From the human T2T-CHM13v2.0 reference genome, Homo sapiens, in the NCBI RefSeq assembly GCF_009914755.1, contig NC_060939.1: a DNA stretch of 64,000 bases, one strand, 5' to 3'. Positions 27,417-38,540 of the stretch are shown here, piece by piece. The number at the start of each line of letters is the position of its first letter. The stretch's first letter is position 1. Under the pieces are notes generated by a model, which searched no databases, had not been told where the DNA came from, and was given only the letters and a program-made list of their open reading frames with translations. The position numbers and the translations under genes are program-made.

Positions 27417-27997
27417 CAACCAAAAAAGGTGGATCATCATGAAATTAAAGTCCCATGCTGAAAACTAAGTACTCTGAAGAGCACTGGTTTTTTTAACTGA
27501 TAAATGTTCTTACATACATTTTTCAACCTTCTTTATTCACCATTACACGATTTCATCCAATGATTCCATGTTTCTTTTCCTTTAAGAACTCCGGGTATAA
27601 CTGATGTAATTTTAGAGTTCATGCCTCTCTCCCTTCAAAACAGACTAGCAATGACTAGCAATACTCTAAAGGTTGAAATAATTGTGCCAAGAAGAGGACA
27701 CAGCAGAGGCAAATTGTCCCCATTCCAAAAGCAGCTAAAGCTATAAACAGAAAACAGTGTTGAATCCAAAATCCAAGAATTTGACCTGGGGATGTTGCTA
27801 GCTGTGTTCTTCTGGGACTTTTTTATTTTGTTGCTCAGCAACCACAATCCCCATTCTTTGTTCAGACAGATGCTCCAGACCTCCAGATCCAGAGATGAGC
27901 AGGCTTCTAATTTCCTTCTTGAACTTACTTTCAAACTAGTGATTCAAGGTAGAAGGGAGAGAGGCATAAATAAAGAATCTTCCAATGAAATCTTTAA

Positions 27998-28900
27998 GAC
28001 ATTCATTTATTTACTCAACAAGCATTTACTGAGCTCCTATCAAGTACTTAGGAATTGTGGCCACAAGGGATATGATGGTGAACAAGATTTCCCTTCTTCA
28101 TGAAGCCTGTCTTGGGATGGGAAGCACCATGCATGAAACAATTACACAAATGAACATCAACTATTCATTGTGGTGAGTTCGTGGAAGGAAAAGTATAGGC
28201 TCCTGTTCATAATTATAAAAGAGGGAGCACGCTTTGTCTGGATTTTGAAGCTGATTATTTTTTTTTTCTCCAAGCTAATTTTGCATATTTATTTAGGAAG
28301 ACTTTCAAAGATGGGCAAGGTTTAAAAATTTGTTTATTTAAACTTTTAGTATTTTAAGTTCAGGGTATATGTGCAGGTTTGTTACATAGGTAAATGTGTG
28401 TCTTGGAGGTTTGTTGTACAGATTATTTCATCACCCAGGCATTAAGCCTAGTACCCATTAGTTATTTTTCCTGATCCTCTCCTTGCCACCCTTGAGCTGA
28501 ACTATTAATAAAAGAGAAATGAATAGGAATAAAGGGAAGGAAGGAGGGAACCCTCCTGGCACAGGGAGTGGCAAGCACAAAGGACTGGAAGTAAGACAGC
28601 ACACAGGGCGGCACACCTGCTGCATAAAGGGAAGGTGGCAGAAACTCAGCTGAGAGGTAGGCCAGGGCCCAGTCACCAAGGGCCTTTTAGGCCACTGTAA
28701 AGATTGGGGTCTTTGTCTAAAGAGAAACTTGAAGTCATTGAAAGGATGTCACTAGTGACATTCATAATCCAACTGAGTCTTCAGATCACTCTGACTGCCA
28801 CGTTGACATGTATTAAAGGAGGTAAGGACAGCAGCAGGAAGCCCAGTGGCAACACGATTTGATGTGTAATTTTTAAGATCATTGGCTATCATATGGAGGA
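27998..28900 (-). mobile_element. L2, interrupted at about 28258-28492 by an L1PA insertion
   Basis: CATTCATTTATTTACTCAACAAGCATTTACTGAG terminus; later AGGCCACTGTAAAGA, CAGATCACTCTGACTGC. Confidence 0.75.
28340..28492 (-). mobile_element. L1PA13-like extreme 3' end
   Basis: TTTTAAGTTCAGGGTATATGTGCAGGTTTGTTACATAGGTAAA...GATTATTTCATCACCCAGG...TATTTTTCCTGATCCTCTCC. Confidence 0.88.
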
Positions 28901-28952
28901 GGAGTTGGAGGGAAGCCATAGTGTACGTGGGGACATGTATGTGGATCACTTG

Positions 28953-29208
28953 AGGCTGGAGGGCAGTGGCACAATCTTGGCTCACTTCAACCTCCATCTT
29001 CGGAGTTCAATCAACTCTCATGCCCCAGGTTCCTAAGTAGCTGGGATTACAGGCAGGCATCAGCATGCCTGGCTACTTTTTTTGTACTTTTAGTAGCGAT
29101 GGGGTTTCACCATATTGACCAGGCTGGTCTCGAACTCCTGGCCTTAAGTGATCTGGCCACCTCAGCCTACCAAAGTGCTGGGATTGCAGGCGTGAGTCAC
29201 TGTACCCC
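28953..29208 (-). mobile_element. Alu (J/old S) lacking its 3' end and tail
   Basis: Begins at AGGCTGGAGGGCAGTGGC with no poly(T); both arms otherwise present. Confidence 0.88.
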
Positions 29209-29439
29209 ACCATCAACAACACATTTGAGGCCCCACCTTCACCAAGTTACCACACTTCTCAGCCTGCCTCTTTATGGCTAAACTCAGCCTTCTTCTCGGT
29301 TTACCTTTCCTATTCTTATTTTCTCTTTTAAAATTTTTTTTGTTTTATTGAGTGGATATATGTAACTTTGAACACATTGCTATTTCTCATTTTATAAGAT
29401 TCTATAAGAAATTATTTTTAAAAATTATTCATTATATAG

Positions 29440-29600
29440 TAACTTATTCTCTTGTTTAAAATATGATACACATTCATTGCAGAAACAAGAAGAAAATAAG
29501 AATAATCTAGAATCCCACCCTGGGGAGATTGCATTAGTTAACATCTTGGTGTATAGTCTTCCCATCTTATTTCTATGCTTATCTATATACCTATATATAT
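29440..29600 (-). mobile_element. Old L1ME 3' fragment
   Basis: CATTCATTGCAGAAA...AATCCCACCC...GTTAACATCTTGGTGTATA. Confidence 0.5.
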
Positions 29601-30834
29601 CATCTTCCAATTTTTCCATAGAAACGAATGTGTGTATGTGTTTGTGTGTATGCATTTGTATAAGTCTCTTAGGTTCATTTTGGAATGAGAGAAATTGATA
29701 TCAAGAGAAAATAATAAATAGAGCGATGGATAGACCAAAATTTTCTCTACATTTTGAGCCCTAGATGATTTAAATCCTAGGCTGGTTTTTTGACATTATC
29801 AAAATTGTTTCTTCCCAACTACTTCTGTCAATAAATAATACTCCTGCTTGCTCAATCAGAAACAATTGCTTGGCCAAGTGATGAATGATGACTTAGAGGT
29901 TATGTGATTCCAGTCTTTCCATCTTGAGTCCTAAGAGTATTCAGGTTGATGGAAGACTGACCACAGGTAAAAAGTAAACACTCCCTATGGTCATGTCACA
30001 TAGTCCCAGACCATACAGCACATTATATTTTAAGTTGTTTATATAGCAAAACTAGATTGCCAGTGGAAATGACAAATCTCTTAGCTTTCTTGCTTCTAGG
30101 GCCAATCTATGAAAAGGCAGAAATTTGCTCCCAAGTTTTATCAAGACTAGTTTTGTTTTGTTTTGTTTTGTTTTTAATTGCAAACCAACCTGAATCCAGT
30201 TCCCAAAAGGGAGGAATAATCAAGAACTACAGCCATCTGTACTAGCTGTCTTAGGAAAGCTGTAGCAGTAACACCTAGAGTAGGCACCACTTGGAACTCA
30301 TGCAGTAGAAAACTGTGAGCAATGTGCACTTTAATCAGATGTTCAACCTTGCCCAGCTCTCTCCTCTGATAATCAGTTGGGACTGTCCTGAAATGCAAAT
30401 ACCTAATAGCATAGTCTACATGGTTTCATCTGGGTCACACCTATGTGGCCATTTTGTACTGAAACCCATAGAAATTTGTGGCAGCTATATCATACCCCAA
30501 CCCCAAACCAGAAGAGAATATTTAAGCGTTTAAACAAGTCTGAACTATATTGACCAGGAGGGACAAACTGTTCACTGCAGGACTTTCCCACCTGAATTCT
30601 TCCTCCTTCTCTTCCTCTCATCCTCCCTTCCATCCTGCCTTTATGTATCAAATAAATAGGCTCAATACTTTGAATGTTTTCTATTGAGATGAATACAGTT
30701 TTTAAAATTAATTCAGCAGCACATTTGTTTATATGTAAAAATCTTTACATTCTAGACTTACCACAAAATCCCCTTCCAGATGTCTATCCCTAATTAGTCA
30801 GGATGTGTTTCAAAAAGGTAACTTTATTGGAATA

Positions 30835-30955
30835 TTAATTCAGTTCAATTTTAAAACTTTTATTGAGCATGAAACATATGCCAGACACTATTCCAGGCAC
30901 TGGTGACCTCAAAAAAGAGACATAAACCCATCCTCATGAATTGTCCAGTTTAGTA
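30835..30955 (-). mobile_element. L2 3' terminus
   Basis: TTTATTGAGCAT...TATGCCAGACACTATTCCAGGCACTGG. Confidence 0.65.
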
Positions 30956-31177
30956 GGTACCTCATAAACCCTGAGTAAAATATCCTAACTTTAAAAAGAC
31001 GATATACTTTGATTAACATTTTGAATGTTTACTTAGATTTTAATACATAAGTCCAATGGGTTCTCCTCTTTAAACTTCATCTTCTTTCTGATTACCCTGA
31101 AATGCCTGTTGCTCTCTAATGACGAGTTAATAGAATTCCTACTTTCAGGAATATCTGTATAGTTCATACACTCCTTT

Positions 31178-31180
<3 letters not shown>

Positions 31181-31242
<62 letters not shown>
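31181..31242 (+). repeat. Compound microsatellite (AC)21(AG)10
   Basis: Read directly. Confidence 0.95.
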
Positions 31243-31243
<1 letters not shown>

Positions 31244-31259
31244 ACATGTTCCTTTAAAG

Positions 31260-33283
31260 GGACTAATATGTTTAAGAAATTAGATGGTATGATAGGGCAT
31301 TTCAGGAGATAACTAGAAAGCTAATTTTTAAAATAACATATCAAACAGAAATTGCAAAACCAAAAACATAATAACTGAAATTAAAAATTCAATGAATTAA
31401 GAGCAGATTAGACATAGCTAAAGAGAATATTAGAACTAGAAACTTGTCTTTAAAAATATATACCCCATCTAAAGTACAGATTAACAAACAAAGATGGAAA
31501 ATACAAAAAAAAAAACTATGTGTAAGAATTTTGTGGATAGAAGTGTAGAACTGTTAAAAGACAGAAAATAAAACCTAAATGAGTAAAAAGCTGTGTAATG
31601 ATTTGTATATATGATGTATAATGATTATGGAGGGAAAAGTCAATATCATAAATATGTCACTTATCACTCAAGTTTATCTCTAAATACAGTAAAATGTCAA
31701 AGCTCCCAATAGGGACATGGGTGGGTGTGTAATTTGACAAGCTGTCTCTAAAATCCATATGGAAGTAAAAGACTATGAAATAGCTGAAACAGTTTTAAAG
31801 AATAAGGACAAGCGGAACTCAGATTACCAGCTTGAAAGACTTTTATTATAAATTAAGGCTTTAAAGACTTAATATAAGTTAAGACTTCAAAGACTTATAA
31901 ATCCACAGGAATTAAAAAGCATGCTATGGCTCAGGAATAAAGAGATCAGCAAAACAGAATAGCTAGCCAGAAATTGAGTACACCCTCCACCTCCCCACCC
32001 AAGTACATGGGAGCTTGGAGGCATAACCAGGCAATGAGGGAAAGGAAGTCATCAAATAGTATGAGGACAACCAGCTGTCTACATGGAAAAAGTAGTATTT
32101 ATTTATACCGTAATTTAATAGTGTATATAAAATTAATTTTAAGAACATTAAAGACTAAATGTGAAAAAATAAAATTTTAAAACATTTAGTAAAAACACAT
32201 AAGACAGAATATTTTTAGGACCTAATGGTATAGAAAGAATTTTCAAAGACACAAAATAACTAATTATATTGGAAGAGATTAATAAATTCTAGTACATTAA
32301 ACTTAAATCTTTTAACAAAAAATCACAAACAAAATTTAAAGGGAAAACCGCAAACCAGAAGAAAAATCTTGCAATGCATAGAACCGATTAAGAAATACCC
32401 AGAATATATAAAGAACTTCTACAAATCAACAAGAAAAAGACAAACAATGTAAAAGAAAAATAAGCCAAGTCTATGAACAAGTAATTCACAAAAGAGAAAC
32501 CTCAAACAGCCAAAAACATAGGAAAAGATGTTCAACTTCAGTAAAAATGAGGGAAATGCAAATTAAAACAACAATGAGATATCATTTCATACCATCAGAA
32601 TGTCAAAAACTCTAAAAGCCTGACAATACAAATGTAGAGAATGACACAAGATGACAGGAACTCTCATTCATTGTGAGGAGAAGCATAAAGATGTACAATT
32701 CTGGAGAGTAATTTGTCAACATCTAATAAAGTTTAATATGTGCATGTTTTATAAACCAAAGATGTCATTCCTTGGTAAATAAGGAAACAAACCCTCACAC
32801 AGGTTTATTATGTTCCAAGCCCTGTTCTAAATGTTTTATATATTAACTCATTTAATCCTTACAACAATTCCATGAGCAAGGTACTCACAGCACAGAGAGG
32901 TTAAGTGATTTAAGGTCACATAACTAGTTAATGGCACAGCTAACAAGGAAACCCAGCAAACTGACGCCAGAATTCATATTCTTAATTCTTATAATATGCG
33001 ACCTCTCTAGACGTCTTCTTACATATGTGCAAAAGGGGACATGTACTAAGATATTTACTCAGTAAATTATTTGTAGTGGTAAAACACTGGAAATGACCTA
33101 AAGGCCATCAAGAGGAAAATGAAAATGAAATGTGGTATCTTCATTAAATGAAATAGTGCATAATATTAAAATGAATAAACTAGACTTAACCTGTATCAAT
33201 AATGATGAATCTGAAAAGCTCAATGTTGGGAAATAAAAGAAAGTTGCAGAAACATAAGTACAGTATCTAGAATTTGTCAACAT
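31260..33283 (+). mobile_element. Ancient L1M (ORF1 remnant plus ORF2 3' part), with a MIR at about 32800-32990
   Basis: GCAGATTAGACATAGCTAAAGAGA (ORF1-like); CCAGAATATATAAAGAACT, GGGAAATGCAAATTAAAACAACAATGAGATATCATTTC (ORF2-like). Confidence 0.8.
32800..32990 (-). mobile_element. MIR SINE
   Basis: ACTCATTTAATCCTTACAACAA...GCACAGAGAGGTTAAGTGA...AAGGTCACA. Confidence 0.78.
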
Positions 33284-33288
33284 CCTAT

Positions 33289-34550
33289 TGGAGCCAGAAT
33301 TGCTCTCATCTAATCAAACATAAGCTTCAGGCCCCTTTCAAGCCCCTGGGAGGGGCTCTGGCAACATGTTCACATGGCCGTATGTTTTGTAATTTTTATA
33401 AGTAAAATATTTTAGCCACACTTGGTTAAGACAATTGTCGCTTCTCACACCAACTTCAACAATTTCCTGTCCCTTCATATCATGTAGCATTGGAGTGACC
33501 AGGGGCACTTTTTGGATCTGATTGAGGAGAAGTTAATTATGGACACATTTAGTTTAGGTTTTGTGGGACACATCCATGTGCTTTATAACCCATCTAATGC
33601 AAGAATTGCCCCCAGAAATATTCCTGCTACCTATCAAAGGTGCGTTCCCTAAGGCGTGATCAAGACATAATTGTGTTCTACAGCACCAAGAACCGGAAGT
33701 GTGGAGATGATCCAAAAGAGGCCATATTTGAAATGGATGGAATCAGAAGCTGGTCTTTGAAAAACTCAGTCATCAGACATGTAAAATTTCAAATGGGAGA
33801 TTCGGTTTTCACTGATGCCAATTGAAAACAAAGCTCTCTTTTTAGGAATGGACTCATAATATAGCATATACAATTATAAACACACTGCTTTTATTTTGTT
33901 TTGGGGAAAACTTTCCAAAATAGAATTTCTCATTATTCCTGTGTTTGTAGGGCAAAAACTCGTAGCAGCACTACAAAACAAATGAGTATTTCTGTGTACA
34001 GACTCATCCTTTACAAATTTCTACTATTAAGAACAACAACGACAAAAAAGCCTGATGCTGCATTGTACACCTATAATCCCAGCTACTCAGGAGGCTGAGG
34101 CAGGAGGAATGCTTGAGCTCAGGAGTTTGAGGTCAGCTTGGGCAACATAGTAAGACCACATTTCAAAAATAAAATAAAAGAATATGAACGTTCGATCAAC
34201 AATGCTAAAGGGAAAAAATTATCTTTGTATTCATATTGTTGTTACTTAGGTAATGATATTTGTCTAAACATTCAGGAAACAATATCTATTTAGAAAAAAA
34301 ATTAAGAAAACTATACAGAAAATATTAAATCATTTCACATAAAGTATGCAGCCAAAAACCTGGAGAAAAAATTTAACAGGGGTATGTCAAATAGTTAATT
34401 AACACAAATACTATTATTTTTCCAAATTTTTGTGATATTTGTCAGTTTTTACAATTTGTAATTTATTTTTCTTATTATTTCTCATATTTTTCACCTTAAA
34501 ATATTGCCAAAATTTTGTAAGTTTCTGTGTGTAAAACTGAAATCTGCCCA
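33289..34550 (+). mobile_element. Zaphod-like hAT-Tip100 DNA transposon, internally deleted
   Basis: TAAGCTTCAGGCCCC...CCCTGGGAGGGGCTCTGGCAACATGTTCACATGG matches the recalled Zaphod left end; degenerate inverted ends GGAGCCAGAATT / AAATCTGCCC. Confidence 0.62.
34049..34179 (+). mobile_element. FLAM_A-like Alu monomer nested in the Zaphod-like element
   Basis: CCCAGCTACTCAGGAGGCTGAGG...GAGTTTGAGGTCAGCTTGGGCAACATAG followed by A tail. Confidence 0.8.
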
Positions 34551-36874
34551 AATCACAATATATTATTTCCTTTTAACTTATAAACGGTAAAAGGTGAAAA
34601 CACACGCGGGAAGAACATGCAGCAACTTTGGGATCCTGTTTACCTTAGGACTGGAAAGCGGGGCCTGAGTGATGGGCACTGGCACCCCCCACTGTGTTCA
34701 GTGCATTTTACATACTCCGTAATTGCAATCCCTGAAATCTGGTGTGGATAAGCATCAAGCTAAATCTGAGATATGGTCTCATTCATGGAATTGTTTTGTT
34801 AAGTGACTAGGTGGGATGAGATTTGCCTCATTCTATAAAACTGGATATCTGACCTCTATTTTTACAAAATAGATGCAGTTAAATTAAGTGAAATCATAGT
34901 AAGAGAGATTTGTACACATTATAAAAGTGTATAATGTTAGATAGTTTGCAAAATGGCAATCTATATTATATGCAAGTATTACTAATGTCAATATTATCTG
35001 ACATTTACTGATTGCTCAATATATGTCAGGTACAGTTCTATGTGCCTTATCTATGTTTATCTCATTTAATAATCCCAATAAGACTGAGACAGCTATTACT
35101 ATTTTATATATCAGATCAAATATGTAACTTCTGATGGAAATGAAAAGTATATTTGATAAACTACACAATGTTTACCTATATTAATTAATACCTATAAAAT
35201 ATTTAAATAGTTAGACAGTTGCCTTTCTCAATTCACTCAAAAGCTATTAGTCTAGGTATATGATGTAATGTTAAGAGTTGGGGAATGGTCAGTCAAGAAT
35301 GCTACAAACAATTATTGAATCCATTTTTAGTTTTTCAGTAGTTATTGAATGATACATATCTAATACATGTCGTGAAAGATCTCAGTTTGAATTTTGAGGA
35401 ATAATATGAAGTAATGTATATAGGCTTTCAGTTTCTCACTCACATTTTAATTCAGCTTCCACACTATTTCTTCTAAAATCAAAACTCAGCAAATTCAGAT
35501 TACTCTCCCATCAAACTCAGAAATTCTGTTTTGGTATTTATCTGTGGACTCTTAAAATGCCACAACTTATAACAGGAATTTGCAGCATTATGGAATCAAG
35601 AGTTCCATTAAATATCACGCATTCAACAACTATATTTGCATAAAGTAGGACCCATGTACCGCAAACGGGATGGGAGAGGGGAAAAATCCCCTGCCCTCGC
35701 CGAGTTCGCAGATCCCATCTGAACCAATCAATAACATTATCAATTGTAGACAGAGGCACCTACAGAGAATTCTAAAATAAAACCACACGTGCAGATACAT
35801 AGATGGGGGCCTGAGGACACAAAAACTGAAAGGAAAAAAGAAACCCAGCAGACCAGATTCTTCGTAAACCTCACTGCTTCACTCCTAAATGGATCCAAAG
35901 TCCAACAGCTTCATTACAATGGCCTGACTCAGGAGCAGGAGCTTTGAAATATCGCATCATGGTGGCAAACGGAGGGGTGAAGGGGATCTTTGGTGAAGCT
36001 AATGAAAAAAAAAAAAAAGTTGGACAGAACATTTCCTGCTGGAACGTGTTGAGAGTGTGTGGTGTTTCAACCATGGGCTCCTGATGATGGAACTTTAGTT
36101 GCTGAACATGAAGATAATTTCAGCACCCTACAATTATGTGCCTAATTAAAATTAAGAAATTAGAACACAGTTAAAAGGAATAATATTTTGCTCACAGCTA
36201 ATTTCATTAAAGTATTAATGAACAGGACTCTTTTTATGGCCAGAGGGCAACCACTTTCTACAGAGTACTTCCATGCTAGCTAATTTATTCATGCATGAAA
36301 AACAATCCAATGAGAAATGAGGGAGCTGAGAACTGCTGGTCCTAATTAAAATATTTAAAACACCATGTCTATTTTCTTCCATCTAGCCAAATACCTAAGC
36401 CTGAGCCAGCATGGTGCCAATTAACATGGAAAAAGCAAATACAAACACCCACGGTTTCTGATTAAAGTGCACATTATTGTACCATGCAATATATTGTTCG
36501 GCACATATATGTAAATGTTTAATTAACCCATGTCTAAATCTCAGCAACATTCAGAAATCGATACTTTAATCCCTAAACAAGTGGCAATCTGTGTAGGGAG
36601 ACGCTGACTTATTTATCACCGTGTTTTATTCAAACCTCATTTGTAGCAGTCGTGTGCTGGCCATGCTAAAGCGTTTCTTAAGGGAAACGGGAGGGAGGAG
36701 ATTCTTTGCTTGGCAGACTTCTTTTCAGATGGCAGCGAGATTGTTAGTCGCCAAAGACTCGTGAAAGGAACTAGGCTAGCCTCAGGTGATATGAAATTTT
36801 TCATTAATAATGCAGGGGGAAGTCTGGATCTAAACCCATTTGTCAGCCTGGATAGCAACAACAATAACAACACC

Positions 36875-36921
36875 TGCACATGTACACGCACACGCACACG
36901 CGCACACACACACACACACAC
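36875..36921. repeat. Alternating purine-pyrimidine tract (CA/CG/TG)
   Basis: TGCACATGTACACGCACACGCACACGCGCACACA...C; 47 bp of unbroken alternation. Confidence 0.9.
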
Positions 36922-37129
36922 CCACCCCTCTTCTCTTTGTTAACTAAAGACCTATCTGTTGGAACAAACTCCAAGACATCCCTACCACGGCAGCATGTTG
37001 GAGAAAAATGTCTAAAACCCAGAAGTCGAAGATTTGAAAATCTTACAAGTACCCATCAGAATTTTATCATTATGTTAAAAGCAACCATAAAAGGAGAGTT
37101 AACATTTTAGCAGCTGCCAGAGTTAACAA

Positions 37130-38540
37130 GCACTTTCAGTTCAGTTATTTCTACTTCACAATCCTGGGAGGCAGGCTGAGCAAGGGACACCAAAGCTGAG
37201 GGCAGTAAAACGATTTGGGGAAGCCACACACAGCACACGCCAGAGCCAGAACTTGAACCCGCATCTGTGAATTCTATAATCATTCCACTCCACACCACAT
37301 TGATTAAAACGGCTCTTAATTTTTTATGTAGAAGAGACCAAATCTTCAGAAACCCAATTACTACCTATTTAGTTATGAAAAGTCATTTATCCTTTGCTTT
37401 TTAGCATTTCTTAGGAGGTAGGGAAGGTGAGGATATATTAAACACAGTTTCTTCTTTCTGAGGTTTCTCATTGTTTTTAGCAACTAAAACCATGGGATTT
37501 TAGACTAAGATCTTAGATATCATTTGCCCAGAGCATTTCAAACTGTTTGTGGCAGCAGAATCCCTTTTTTTCCCCAAATACCATCTTTGTATATACAACC
37601 AATATATTGACACAGATAAAAGCAGACCCTTCTGATGGAGGGGGCTGAGGCACTGCCACAGAACCCGTTTTCTGAAAACCACTGTGTTCATCAAAGTGTT
37701 TATTAAACAGCTGGAGGAACTGAGGTCCAGAGAGGTGAGGACACAAGGGAAGTACTCATGCAAGATAATAGCAGACCTGGAATACACCTACAGTAATCTT
37801 GACCCTCTGCCCCATGCTCTTTCCACAGCATCATGGTCCCTAATGAAATCAACCTAGACTATGATGCAGTTAAAGAGCCAAATAGAGGTGAGAGTGTTTG
37901 TGCAAAATTACCAGCAACAATACAGGAATGTATGGTCATAAGGCAGGACAGCCTAGTGTACAAAGCAAGAGGTGAGATTCAGAGGCAAGAGACTTAAGAA
38001 AAAGATTTGTCTCTGTCCTACAGGCTCTTCATTTCCATTCCCTGGGGCCCAGATTCCTCATTTGAAAATGGTGTTGATATCTCACAGAATTGTATTAAGA
38101 ACCAAACAAGAATCAAGGAATGTGCCCTTTCAAAAGTATTTTATCACACTGCATTGCAATTGCTTGTCTGTTTCTGTCACTGGACTCTCAGCATTATTCC
38201 GAGATAATGTCAATGTTTTACTATCTATTCATCCTCAGTCTAGAGTTGCTGCTCAAATAGCATTGGATGATGTTGAACTCATAATGACTAACATATATTG
38301 TGCATTTATTTACTATATGTTAAATATAATGCTAAGCATGTGACATTGATCATATATTTCATCTTGACACCCTCATAAGACATACTGTCACTGTCCCCAT
38401 TGCACAACTGAGAAACAGAGACACAGAAAAGTGACTTACCTGTCCAGTGTTCCAGAACTATTATAATAAGCTGTGGAGCAAAAAACCGACACTGAGATGG
38501 TCAAACTTCAGAGCCTAAGCTCTTAGTCACTGTGTTATAC
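37130..38540. mobile_element. Cluster of MIR fragments (about 37130-37300 -, 37700-37830 -, 38030-38110 +, 38280-38540 -) and an L2 end (about 38130-38270 +)
   Basis: GAGGAACTGAGGTCCAGAGAGGTGA, CAGATTCCTCATTTGAAAATGG, GAGAAACAGAGACACAGAAAAGTGACTT. Confidence 0.65.

Noticed and set aside
31836-31905. AAAGACTT-containing spaced repeats as a CRISPR-like array
   Set aside because: Three degenerate slippage copies inside an old L1 in primate DNA; no unique spacers or cas genes
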